Shown here piece by piece: positions 21,621-30,993 of a stretch of 64,000 nt of DNA. A program made the translations under genes and the position numbers. The stretch comes from an uncultured Acidimicrobiaceae bacterium (GTDB lineage: Bacteria; Actinomycetota; Acidimicrobiia; Acidimicrobiales; Bog-793): contig CAWJBM010000002.1 of NCBI GenBank assembly GCA_963841155.1, positions 349,885-413,884 on the forward strand, read 5' to 3'. How positions within the stretch are numbered: the first letter of the stretch is position 1; the number at the start of each line of letters is the position of its first letter. Under the pieces are notes generated by a model, which was given only the letters and a program-made list of their open reading frames with translations, ran no database searches and was not told the DNA's origin.

Positions 21621-23390
21621 TCAGGGAAAGACGACGACTCGATTTCGCCCCTGGCGCTTGGCCTCGTACATCGCGGCGTCGGCGGCGGAGACCAATGACC
21701 CCTCGCCCATGAGCTCCTCGGAGAGCTGTGCCACGCCGATCGAGACGCGCACCGGCAACCCGCCCGTCAACGAGTTCAAGTCAAGCGTCGCGATGCGGCT
21801 CCGGAGGACCTCGGCGACCTGCAACGCCGCCTGGAGGTCCGTGTCAGGAAGGAGTGCGACGAATTCCTCGCCTCCGTAGCGAGCCAGCAGGTCACGCCGC
21901 CGGAGACGATCCCGAAGTCCCCGCCCCACGCGCTGTAGCACCGCATCGCCCGCGGCGTGACCGAACGCGTCGTTGATGTCCTTGAAATGGTCGATGTCGA
22001 TGAACAGCACGGCGCACAATGCGGCATCGCGGCGCGCACGGCCGATGGCGCGGACCACGGCGTCGTCGAGCGCGCGCCGGTTCGCGAGCCCGGTCAACGG
22101 GTCGGTCAACGCCTCGGTCCTCACTTGTTCGTAACTGCGCGCGTGGGCGACAGCCACGGCGCACTGGTCGGCGAAGAACTCGATGGCCTGAACGTGGGCG
22201 CTGTCGGGGAGCAGCCCGTTCACTGGCTCGTCAACTGAGATGAGACCGAGCACCTGACCGTCGGTGTCTGTGATCTGCACCGTCAGCATGTCGTCCTGGT
22301 GCCATCGGCCATCTGCCCGCTCTTCGTCGACGGTTGGCGTGTTCAACTTGTCCTCGAGCTCCGGCGGCATCCTGAACCTGCGGTGGTCGAAGAAGTACGA
22401 GCGACTCAGCAGCATCTCCGGCTGCATGATCGGAGCGAACTCCTCAAGGGTCACTCTGCTCGCCCGCAGCTGTCTGGTTTCGGACTCGGTGAGCCCGAAG
22501 GTCGCGCCGACCTCGAGAACGTCGTCGGGCATCCGCAGGTAGATCGCCGCGCGACCGAAGCCTCCCGCAGTCGTCACCGCCCGCGCGATCTCGCTCAGCA
22601 CTTCGTCCAACGAGTAGTAACCGCGGACCTGCGCGCTCGCAGCCAGGAGGTCCGCGAGTTGGCGGCGCTGCGCCTCCGCCACCGCGACCGCGGCACGCTC
22701 CACGGCTCGGCCACGAACTATCTCGAGGCCAACGACAGTGAGCTCGGCCAGAGTCTCGAGCAAGAGGCCCCGTCGTGGCGCGGACAAGTCGCCGTTCAGC
22801 GGATCAGCCGGATGCAGCAGCCCGCACGGCTCGCCGTCCGCGCTGATCAAAGGCGCGAACAACAGCGGGCCAGGCTGCCGGGTACCCGGCGTGAGCGATG
22901 TGCCAGCCGGGAGCGTGGCGGCAATCACGTCGGGCCGATCGTGCACAGGATGTCCTGGTGGGACCCAGCAAACGGCACCAATGGCCACCGAAGCGTCTCG
23001 CAGCGCCTCGAAGCCTGACGCGCTGAGCACGCGGCTGCGAAGCGCGCGGTCCTCCTCCACACTCAACCCCGATGTCGCCGAGTACCGAAAAGCACCGTCG
23101 TCGCCTCTGATCGCGATCGCGCAAACGCCGCAATCGAGCATGTGGCGCGCGGTGGTGTTGACCAGATCGAACAGCTCGGCTTCGCCGGAGATCCTGCCGA
23201 GCGCGCGGGTCAGGCGAAGGACCTCCCGCAATCCTGCCGCGGCCTCGTCCAGACCCCCGGCCTCATGGCGAGGACCGGCCGGTCGATCCCCGGTCATGAC
23301 AGCAGCCGTTGCGTGCTCATCGCCCCGCGATCTTGAGGAGCATGAGGTGTATTCCAGCACCTCCGGGAGGCCCGTGCCGGGTTGAAGCAC
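21621..23390 (-). CDS. GAF-GAF-GGDEF diguanylate cyclase
   Basis: C-terminal DPLTGLANRR...RYGGEEFVALLP...SIGVA (GGEEF active site), preceded by two GAF-like regions. An alternative start is ATG 23297. Confidence 0.85.
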   Translation of the reverse strand: MLQPGTGLPEVLEYTSCSSRSRGDEHATAAVMTGDRPAGPRHEAGGLDEAAAGLREVLRLTRALGRISGEAELFDLVNTTARHMLDCGVCAIAIRGDDGAFRYSATSGLSVEEDRALRSRVLSASGFEALRDASVAIGAVCWVPPGHPVHDRPDVIAATLPAGTSLTPGTRQPGPLLFAPLISADGEPCGLLHPADPLNGDLSAPRRGLLLETLAELTVVGLEIVRGRAVERAAVAVAEAQRRQLADLLAASAQVRGYYSLDEVLSEIARAVTTAGGFGRAAIYLRMPDDVLEVGATFGLTESETRQLRASRVTLEEFAPIMQPEMLLSRSYFFDHRRFRMPPELEDKLNTPTVDEERADGRWHQDDMLTVQITDTDGQVLGLISVDEPVNGLLPDSAHVQAIEFFADQCAVAVAHARSYEQVRTEALTDPLTGLANRRALDDAVVRAIGRARRDAALCAVLFIDIDHFKDINDAFGHAAGDAVLQRVGRGLRDRLRRRDLLARYGGEEFVALLPDTDLQAALQVAEVLRSRIATLDLNSLTGGLPVRVSIGVAQLSEELMGEGSLVSAADAAMYEAKRQGRNRVVVFP

Positions 23391-23713
23391 CCGGCGGTTG
23401 TTTCGGTTCGGGCAGGGGTTTCGCTTCGACGGCGTTCCGCAAGGCGTCCGCCGCGTGTGCGAGCTTGCGCCCCAGCGGAGGGTTCGGCTCCAGGCCGGGC
23501 GGTGGCTTCTCGAGCTCGGCGGCCCGCGCGTACCGCGACTGCCTGAAGACCCACGGCGTGTCCATGCCCGGCCGGTCTTCCTCCGGCGACACGACCCAGA
23601 CCACGCTCGACACGACGAAGCCGTCTGTCAACACCGCGCTCGCCGCCTGCGCAAGTCTCCGGCCGCAACTCGCTCCACGATCAAGCGGGGCCACGACGAC
23701 GGCTGCGAGTTGA
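23309..23713 (+). CDS. Possible Cys-motif small protein (fragment?)
   Basis: The plus frame contains the repeated pattern F.KASAACASLRPSGG / ARAYRDCLKTHGVSMP / VNTALAACASLRP, which I recall from small secreted actinobacterial proteins. It has no signal peptide. An equally long antisense ORF shares wobble positions, so composition cannot discriminate between them. Confidence 0.3.
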   Translation: MRAHRPAILRSMRCIPAPPGGPCRVEAPGGCFGSGRGFASTAFRKASAACASLRPSGGFGSRPGGGFSSSAARAYRDCLKTHGVSMPGRSSSGDTTQTTLDTTKPSVNTALAACASLRPQLAPRSSGATTTAAS

Positions 23714-23744
23714 TGGCCGCCGTACCTCGCCTGACATGGCGAGC

Positions 23745-24350
23745 TCAGGTTCGGCGTCGGAGCTGGCCGCGGTCGAGCCACTTGTCGACGGTCACCGGAG
23801 TCCACGAACCAAGCCGGTCGAGCATCGACACGGGGTCGGGATCGATCAAGACCATGTCGCGGTGCTCGGGGCGAAGGAAGCGCTGTCGGGTGGCCAGCTC
23901 GAACAGCTCGAACAGCGGGTCGAAGAAACCAGCGACGTTGAGGACGCCGCAGGGCTTGGAGTGAATGCCGAGCTGGGACCACGAAAGCACTTCGAAGAAC
24001 TCGTCCAGGGTCCCGAATCCGCCCGGCAGCATGATGAAGGCGTCGGACTGGTCGGCCATCGCCGCCTTGCGCTCGTGCATCGTCGTGACGACCTGGAGCG
24101 TAGTCAGGCCCAGGTGGGCGACCTCCTTCTCCTCGAGTGCTCGCGTTATCACTCCGTGCACGTCGCCGCCCTCAGCCAGCGCTGCGTCGGCGAGCACGCC
24201 CATCAGCCCGACGCGCCCGCCTCCGTAGATCAGCCGGATTTCACGACGGGCCAACAGACGCCCCAATGACTCGGCCGCTTCGGCAAATTCTGGATCGACC
24301 CCAGAGCTCGACGCACAGTAGACACCGACAGAAGAGAGATTCCGCGGCAC
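23745..24350 (-). CDS. LOG-family (TIGR00730) nucleotide 5'-monophosphate nucleosidase
   Basis: VGVYCASS, IYGGGRVGLMG and PGGFGTLDEFFE motifs. Confidence 0.85.
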   Translation of the reverse strand: MPRNLSSVGVYCASSSGVDPEFAEAAESLGRLLARREIRLIYGGGRVGLMGVLADAALAEGGDVHGVITRALEEKEVAHLGLTTLQVVTTMHERKAAMADQSDAFIMLPGGFGTLDEFFEVLSWSQLGIHSKPCGVLNVAGFFDPLFELFELATRQRFLRPEHRDMVLIDPDPVSMLDRLGSWTPVTVDKWLDRGQLRRRT

Positions 24351-24540
24351 GATCGTCTCCAGGCGCGAGCTCGTCAGGGTCAGAACAACGATAGGTGCTC
24401 ACCGACAAGAGCGCTCCAGCTTGTCAACCTTGACGGCGTCCAGTGGGCGAAGACATCTCAGGGTCTCCATGAGACCCGGGCCGATTCGGGCCGAGCTCTC
24501 GCCTAAGGTTGCATAGGCACCGTGAGAAACCGGGGGGAAC

Positions 24541-27249
24541 GTGATGAAACACCGGTCTGCGGCTTTGTTCGCGGGCGTGCTCGTCGCCTCTTCGTCGACT
24601 GTGGTCTGGTCAGCCCCCTCGCGGGCACAGTCGCCTCTCCCGTCCGCAGTCACCGTGTTGCGGGCGAGCGCGAGTCCTCCGCCTCCAGCGCACTCGGTTG
24701 CGCTCGGGCCGCTGTCGCCCTCGGTGGAGCTTCACATCGACGTCACGCTGAAACTGCCGGACCCGTCGGCCGTGACCTCCTTCATCGCCTCTCTGTCCGA
24801 CCGGCGCTCGGTGAACTTCCACCACTTCCTCCGCCGGGGACAGTTCGGTCAGGTCTTCGGGCCGCCGCCATCGGAAGTGACTGCAGTCGACGCAGTGCTC
24901 CGCTCCGACGGGCTCCACCCTGGACAGGTGACCTCGGACCGGCTCTCGATCCCGGTGACGGCCCCGGCCTCGGTACTCGACCGCGCCTTTCACGTGAGTC
25001 TCGCGAGCTACCGGCTGCCGAGCGGGCGCGCCGCGTTCACGACCCTGTCGCCGCCGAGCGTCTCGGCCGCCGTGGCGCCGGACATCCAGGGGGTCATCGG
25101 CCTGAGCGATCTCTATCAACCCCAGAGCCTGCTTTCGCGTTCGCGTGTCGCACGATCCGCCCCTGCTTCTTCAGGAGAAGCTCATCAGGCGACGGCAGGT
25201 CCGATGCCGTGCGCGCCAGCCACCAACGCAGCCAACATTGACGGGAGCTACACGGCCGACCGGTTGGCGTCCTACTACGGCATGACGCCCCTCTACTCCC
25301 TCGGCGACTTCGGCCAGGGCGTCAACATCGCCCTCGTCGAGTTCGAGCCGGACTTGCGGACCGACATCGATGCCTACCAGGCGTGCTTTGGGACGAAAGC
25401 CACCGTGAACTACATCCCGGTCGACGGCGGCGCCGGTTCTGGCGACGGCGGCGGCGAGTCGGCTCTCGACATCGAGGACGCCATCGGCCTTGCCCCTCGT
25501 GCGACGATCGACGTCTACCAGGCGCCGGAATGGGACGAGTCGGCTGAGGGGGACGGGGGCCAGTACGTGTACGACCTCTACTCGGCCATCGTGAACGACG
25601 ACACAGATCAGGTCGTCTCGACCTCCTGGGGGTCCTGCGAACTGGACGCCGACTCGTCACTGATCAGTTCAGAACAGAGCCTCTTCAGCCAGGCCGCCAC
25701 GCAGGGCCAGACGGTTTTCGCCGCTGCAGGAGACTACGGCTCGACCGACTGCTTTTCCGATTCGGGATCGCGCAACGAGTTCTCACTCTCCGTCGACGAT
25801 CCCGCCAGCCAGCCCTACGTGATCGGGGTCGGTGGCACGTCGATCGGCACCGACTCCCAGACAGTCTGGAATGACTCGACTGGGGCCGGCGGAGGCGGGG
25901 CGTCCGCCGTATGGTGCATGCCCGCCTACCAGGACCAGTCAGGCGTCACGGGGATCATCGGTCCCTACTCGGTGCCCGACCCGAACGAGTGCACAACGGG
26001 CTGGGAGCGCGAAGTACCCGACGTCTCGGCCGACGCCGATCCGGAAACCGGGTACGTCACCTACTGGAACGGGTCCTGGCAGGCAGGTGAAGGGGGTACG
26101 AGCGCCGGCGCACCGCTGTGGGCCGCCGCCGCCGCCCTTGTGGACTCTTCGCCGTTCTGCGCCGACTACGGCTCAAAGGACGCCACGGGGACGCTGTTTC
26201 GGAGTCTGTACTCCATTGCTGACAGCGGCCACTACTCCGACGCGATCTACGACGTGACGAATGGGAACAACGTCTACCCGCCTTCGGGCTACTCGGGAGA
26301 TCTCTACCCGGCGACGCCGGGTTACGACATGGCAAGCGGGTTGGGGACGCCCCTGGTCGCCTATCCCGGCAACTACCTCCCCGGACTGGCCGCTCAGGTG
26401 TGCTTTGCATACGGCACCAAGCTCGAGACGACGACCATCACGGGTGTCTCGCCGAACGAGGGGCCGACCAGCGGCTCGACACCGGTGACCATCACCGGTT
26501 CGGGCTTCCTCCCCATCGCAGGAGCGGACCGGCTCGAGGTCGGTAGGAAGTGGGTCACTGTTTCCTGCACGACCACGGTTCGCTGCACCGGCACCCTCCC
26601 GGCGACCAGGGCGGGGACGGACAACCTCGTGATGTCGGTCGAGGACCTGACGCTCAGTCCGCTCGCCGTGGCTGACCGGTTCACCTTCGTGGCCGTGGCG
26701 CCGACGGTCACCGGCCTCACGCCCACGGCCGGGCCCACAAAGGGCGGCACGAAGGTGACGATCCGGGGAAGCAGCTTCTTCGGGACATTGATAGTGCACT
26801 TCGGGGCGAGGCCGGCCACGCTGTTCCGCGTGGTCTCCTCCTCTGAGATCGTCGTCATCTCGCCGCCCGGCTCGGGCACCGCCTATGTCACGGTGTCGGC
26901 AACCGGGCTCTCCAGCACGACGACGGCCGCGGGCAGGTACACCTTCGTGGCCGCGCCGAGGGTCACCGGCCTCACGCCGAGGGCCGGGCCCACCAAGGGC
27001 GGCACGAAGGTGACGATCCGGGGAAGCGGGTTCGTCGGGACGTTGACGGTGCACTTCGGGACGAGGCCGGCCACGCTGTTCCGAGTGGTCTCCTCCTCTG
27101 AGATCGTCGTCATCTCGCCGCCCGGCTCGGGCACCGCCTACGTCACGGTGTCGGCAACCGGGGGCTCCAGCACGACGACGGCCGCGGCCAGGTACCACTA
27201 CCAGAGCGCCTCGCTCACGGCGCGCCCTGGCCGTGGGCTCGCGCCCTAG
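24541..27249 (+). CDS. Secreted S53 (sedolisin/kumamolisin-like) peptidase with three C-terminal IPT/TIG domains
   Basis: Signal peptide (MMKHRSAALFAGVLVASSSTVVWSAPSRAQ), a pro-kumamolisin-like activation domain, ESALDIEDAIGLAP and GGTSAGAPLWAA catalytic motifs, then three ITG/VTG..P..GPT.GGT.VTI.GSGF modules. Confidence 0.85.
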   Translation: MMKHRSAALFAGVLVASSSTVVWSAPSRAQSPLPSAVTVLRASASPPPPAHSVALGPLSPSVELHIDVTLKLPDPSAVTSFIASLSDRRSVNFHHFLRRGQFGQVFGPPPSEVTAVDAVLRSDGLHPGQVTSDRLSIPVTAPASVLDRAFHVSLASYRLPSGRAAFTTLSPPSVSAAVAPDIQGVIGLSDLYQPQSLLSRSRVARSAPASSGEAHQATAGPMPCAPATNAANIDGSYTADRLASYYGMTPLYSLGDFGQGVNIALVEFEPDLRTDIDAYQACFGTKATVNYIPVDGGAGSGDGGGESALDIEDAIGLAPRATIDVYQAPEWDESAEGDGGQYVYDLYSAIVNDDTDQVVSTSWGSCELDADSSLISSEQSLFSQAATQGQTVFAAAGDYGSTDCFSDSGSRNEFSLSVDDPASQPYVIGVGGTSIGTDSQTVWNDSTGAGGGGASAVWCMPAYQDQSGVTGIIGPYSVPDPNECTTGWEREVPDVSADADPETGYVTYWNGSWQAGEGGTSAGAPLWAAAAALVDSSPFCADYGSKDATGTLFRSLYSIADSGHYSDAIYDVTNGNNVYPPSGYSGDLYPATPGYDMASGLGTPLVAYPGNYLPGLAAQVCFAYGTKLETTTITGVSPNEGPTSGSTPVTITGSGFLPIAGADRLEVGRKWVTVSCTTTVRCTGTLPATRAGTDNLVMSVEDLTLSPLAVADRFTFVAVAPTVTGLTPTAGPTKGGTKVTIRGSSFFGTLIVHFGARPATLFRVVSSSEIVVISPPGSGTAYVTVSATGLSSTTTAAGRYTFVAAPRVTGLTPRAGPTKGGTKVTIRGSGFVGTLTVHFGTRPATLFRVVSSSEIVVISPPGSGTAYVTVSATGGSSTTTAAARYHYQSASLTARPGRGLAP
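26680..27195 (+). repeat. Tandem duplication (about 255-258 nt unit, 2 copies) encoding the last two IPT domains
   Basis: Copy 1 spans 26680-26937 and copy 2 spans 26938-27195. By-eye alignment shows only about 17 substitutions plus one codon indel across about 235 aligned nt. Confidence 0.9.
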
Positions 27250-27339
27250 GGCACCCGCCAGGACCCGGGGTTCCCGTGGCCGGGCGAGAACTGCCCGATC
27301 TCCGAGGCGGCACGCCCAGCGCGACAGGGCCTGGGGCGT

Positions 27340-28476
27340 GTGGCCGATGACCGACGTCGAGGTAAGGGTCTCGGTCGAATTCGCGCCGGCCTGACCGGGC
27401 CATGGCCCGACGAGACCACCGAACAAGCCACGACACGGGGTCGTCCACGGCCGCTGCCCACCCACTATCTTCGTTTCACTGTGGACGACTCCACCGACGC
27501 GAGCACTGCTCCGAGCGCCACGGCGGACAAGAGGCCGCCCTCCATAGAGCGCATCCAGCGGCTGGAGAGGCTGGAGCGGGAGCGCCTGGATGAGAAGGCT
27601 CGCAAGCAAGAGCGACGAAGCCAGACCATCGCCGGTGTCAAGCCGTCGGGCGGGCGCCACGACCTCGTCGATCAAATCGAGCGAGTCACGAAGTACCCGA
27701 CCGCCCTCCTGGGGATCGCCTGGCTGGTCATCGGGATCATCGTCCTCACGAACGACGTCAATGGCTCGGCCTCCATAGCCCTGGTCTGCACCCTCTTCGT
27801 GCTCTGGGCCGTCCTGCTCGTGGAGTACACGGTGCGTCTGGTCGTCACCCCGGACGTTCGCGGATACCTCAAGCGCCGCTGGGTTGAGCCGGCGACCGTG
27901 GTGGTGCCCCCCCTCCAGGGCTGGCACCTCATCGGGATCGAGAAGACGAGCCTCCTCTTGTACGAGGGGGAGATGCGCGTGGAGGCCATCCTCAAGCACC
28001 ACAGCCTCTTCCGCGTGCTCATCGCCGCCGCCGCAACCCTCCTCCTCGGGGCCTGGCTGGTGCTGCTCTTCGAGGACAACGCCAAGGGGAGCAACATCCA
28101 CGACTACCCCAACGCCCTCTGGTGGGCCATCGTCACGGTGACCACCGTGGGCTACGGGGACCGGTACCCAGTGTCCGACGGCGGCCGTGTGGTGGCCGCG
28201 GTCCTCATGCTGGTGGGGATCGGCCTCATCGGCGTGCTGACCGCCACGGTCGCTTCGGTGTTCATCAAGGAGCACACCGACGCCAGCAAGGACGAGTTCA
28301 GGAAGGGCCATGCCGACCTTGGCCAGCAGCTGGCCGTGATCAGCGATCGGCTGGCCGATGTCGAGCGCCGGCTCGGTGCCACCCCGTCCGAGGTGAACGC
28401 CGTCGAGGCGGCGGCAGACGCAAAGGCCGCGGCGGACGGGCCGATCGAGCCAGATCAGGGAGCATCGCCCTCCTGA
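27340..28476 (+). CDS. Voltage-gated-type potassium channel (ion transport family)
   Basis: Selectivity filter TVTTVGYGD and multiple TM helices with an S4-like R-rich helix. The start is uncertain (ATG 27340 or GTG 27481). Confidence 0.8.
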   Translation: MADDRRRGKGLGRIRAGLTGPWPDETTEQATTRGRPRPLPTHYLRFTVDDSTDASTAPSATADKRPPSIERIQRLERLERERLDEKARKQERRSQTIAGVKPSGGRHDLVDQIERVTKYPTALLGIAWLVIGIIVLTNDVNGSASIALVCTLFVLWAVLLVEYTVRLVVTPDVRGYLKRRWVEPATVVVPPLQGWHLIGIEKTSLLLYEGEMRVEAILKHHSLFRVLIAAAATLLLGAWLVLLFEDNAKGSNIHDYPNALWWAIVTVTTVGYGDRYPVSDGGRVVAAVLMLVGIGLIGVLTATVASVFIKEHTDASKDEFRKGHADLGQQLAVISDRLADVERRLGATPSEVNAVEAAADAKAAADGPIEPDQGASPS

Positions 28477-28495
28477 GCGTGAGAACATCGCCCCC

Positions 28496-29488
28496 ATGAA
28501 GGGGACCCTCACACAAGACGGCAAGGCCGTAGACGCCACCCGGCAGGAAATTGAACGGGCAGCCGCCGGGGGCGCATTCTTCTGGCTCGATCTCGACGTC
28601 CACAACCCGGGGCCCGACGACGACATCACGGGGCTGCTGATCAACACCTTCCACTTCCACCCCGTGGCCGTGACGGCGGCAGACCAGTTCGGCCAACGGG
28701 CCCGCATCGACGACTACGACGACTTCGTCCACATCGTCACCTTTGGCATGACTGCCGACGGGAAGAACATGGCCGAGGTGCACTGTTTCATCACCGAGAA
28801 GTTCATCATCAGCCTCCACCAGGGCGACTGCCCGGCGCTGGCAACGGTGCACGACCGCCTCGGCAACCACAGCTTCCCGGAGGCGGCCGCGCCGCAGGTT
28901 GCCGTCTTCTACCTGATCATGGACAGCCTGATCGACTCCTTCTTCCCCGTGCTGTCGGACTTCGACGACTCGATCGACGGTCTCGAAGGCGCAATCTTGA
29001 AGAACCCGACCGAACAGCAGCTGGGAACCCTGTTCGACATGAAGCGGCAGATCATGGCCATCCGCAAGGTCATCACGCCCCAGCGCGACATGATCTCCAG
29101 CCTGAATGGCGGCATGGTGGCCATTCCCGGGATGACCGACCAGAGCTCGGCCTACTTCCGCAACCTCTACGACCACCTCATCCGCATCAGCGACATGGTG
29201 GACGGCTACCGCGACCTGATCGGGGGCGCCATGGACACGCACCTCTCGATGGTGTCCAACCGGCTGAACGTGGTCATGAAGCAGCTGGCCATCATCGCCA
29301 CCATATTCATGCCCCTGGGATACCTCACCGGGTTCTTCGGGCAGAACTTCGCCTGGCTCACAGGTCATCTGCAGTCAAACTTCCCCTACTTCATCTTCCT
29401 CGGCATCGGCTCCGAGTTGGTCGCGATCGTGCTCTTGATGATCCTGTTCAAGCGGCGCGGTTGGCTGGGCGCCGGCCCCACGGCCTGA
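28496..29488 (+). CDS. corA: CorA-family divalent cation transporter (GQN variant of the GMN motif)
   Basis: 330-aa ORF with a cytoplasmic CorA-like domain and two C-terminal TM helices flanking YLTGFFGQNFAWL. Confidence 0.8.
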   Translation: MKGTLTQDGKAVDATRQEIERAAAGGAFFWLDLDVHNPGPDDDITGLLINTFHFHPVAVTAADQFGQRARIDDYDDFVHIVTFGMTADGKNMAEVHCFITEKFIISLHQGDCPALATVHDRLGNHSFPEAAAPQVAVFYLIMDSLIDSFFPVLSDFDDSIDGLEGAILKNPTEQQLGTLFDMKRQIMAIRKVITPQRDMISSLNGGMVAIPGMTDQSSAYFRNLYDHLIRISDMVDGYRDLIGGAMDTHLSMVSNRLNVVMKQLAIIATIFMPLGYLTGFFGQNFAWLTGHLQSNFPYFIFLGIGSELVAIVLLMILFKRRGWLGAGPTA

Positions 29489-29633
29489 GCGGGCCTGACC
29501 GCACAAGCGGCTGCTCAGCCGCCGCCATGCTCGGCTTTCGCGTTGCGCGGGGGATCCGGCCTGCACTGGCGTGGAGCAGGCCCCAACTGGCGGCAGCTGA
29601 CGCCGCCTCGTCACAGAAGTCCTTCGCCGGGTT

Positions 29634-30240
29634 GTGATCACGGGTGCTGCCGGCTCCATCGGCCTCGCGGTCGCTCCCCTGCCAGCCGGGCGCTGGCACC
29701 TGGAGCTGGCCGACCGGGCGCCGCTTCGCAGCGGTCTCGGACCCCGAGGCGTCCTGGGAGGCGTTGCGCCCAGCCAATGTGATCGGGACCTACCAAGTTG
29801 TGCAGGCCGCCGTGCACTGCCGCGTCCGCCGGCTCGTGCTCGCAAGCAGCTTACGGGCTGTGTCGGGGTATCCGGAGGGAGTTCAGCTGCGCGCCGACGA
29901 TGCGCCGCGACCTGCGAGTATCTACGGCACGACGAAGGCCTGGGCCGAGGCGCTCGGTGCTTGGGTGGCGTCGACGTCGGCGACTTCCGTGGTTGCGTTA
30001 CGGATCGGCCACTTCGCCCTTCAGTCACCGGCTGGCACCGGCGCTACGGCTCGTGACATCGCCGCCCGGTTGAGCCCGCGAGACTGCGGCGAGCTGTTGC
30101 GTTGCCCTGTCGAGGCTGAGGGGATCCGTTTCGCGGTCGCCAGCGGTGTCTCGCCCAACCGGTACCGGGCCGCTGATGTCTCCGACGCCGCCAATACCAT
30201 CGGTTGCCGACCGAACGAGGACGCGTGGACATGCGTCTGA
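29634..30240 (+). pseudogene. NAD-dependent epimerase/dehydratase (uronate-dehydrogenase-like) pseudogene
   Basis: VITGAAGSIG (Rossmann) lies in the frame of 29634. The rest (WEALRPANVIGTYQVVQAA...ASS...YGTTKAW...LRIG) lies in the frame of 29644. About 30 residues expected between the two parts are missing. Confidence 0.55.
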
Positions 30241-30993
30241 CGGTCGAACCTCCGGGGAGCCGACAGCACAGAGCAGCACAGGCACCATGACCCGAGGCGG
30301 CCCGGCGTCCCGGGCCGCCTCGAACAGTCCGTCCCCTGTCATCGGCCCGGGGAGTTCGGCGAAGGCGCGCCCGTTGTCGCGCTCTGCCCGGCGTGAGCAC
30401 GCAGGTCGTCGACAGAACCGCCGTAACTCGTCGGTCGTTGGAGCACCTCGGGTGAACCGGCATTGGATCACCTTCCGATCGTTCCCCGGGGCCCGCGGCG
30501 AGGTAGGCTGGCCTGGGTACGGGCCAGGCGGCGTAGGGGAGGGCGCCTGCGCCGTCTGGCCCGGGTACGGGCCAGACGGGTGGGACGAGACGCCAAGCGG
30601 TGCCGGTCTTCGATCGTCCTCTGCTCGGTGAGCTCGGTGGCTTCCTCGCGGAGTGCAAAAGGGAACCGGGCGAAGGCGCGGGCGTCGTAGACGAGTGGCC
30701 TGGTGTCAACTAACCTGTCGACCAGTGCCAGGGTCCCAGTCGGCGAAGGTGCCCTCCCTTGCGCCGGCTGGGCCCACTCGCCCAGGGCCCGAAGGACCAG
30801 TATGCCCCTTTGGGCGGGCTGTGTGAGCGGAAAGAGACAGTCACGGTGACGGCGAGCCGTCGATTCATCGAGACAGCGATCCGGGCCCGATCGCTTCGTT
30901 GAAACCGAGCCGAAGCCGGCTTCTGCGGAATCTGCCCCAACAGACAGCAGCCCGCCTCGTGAACAGCAGCAGCATCAAGAGAGGAGCCTGATC

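Noticed and set aside
23317-23982. 221-aa minus-strand ORF overlapping the LOG gene's 3' end and the GGDEF gene's 5' end
   Set aside because: It overlaps two well-supported genes, and only a central part is unexplained. I kept it as an unresolved alternative to the plus-strand Cys-motif ORF rather than as a feature.
26173-28707. 844-aa minus-strand ORF, the longest in this part of the window
   Set aside because: It is antisense to the S53 peptidase, the K+ channel and the corA start. The translation is Arg/Gly/Pro/Asp-rich and low-complexity with no motifs. This is a typical shadow ORF of a high-GC genome.
28340-29368. 342-aa minus-strand ORF
   Set aside because: It is antisense to corA, and the translation is biased toward His/Val/Asp/Gly.
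30508-30579. 24-nt direct repeat 48 nt apart as a regulatory iteron or REP element
   Set aside because: There are only two copies, it is not palindromic, and it may be debris of a former coding repeat (WPGYGP.G in one frame). I mention it within the gene-free-stretch finding but do not call it a feature.
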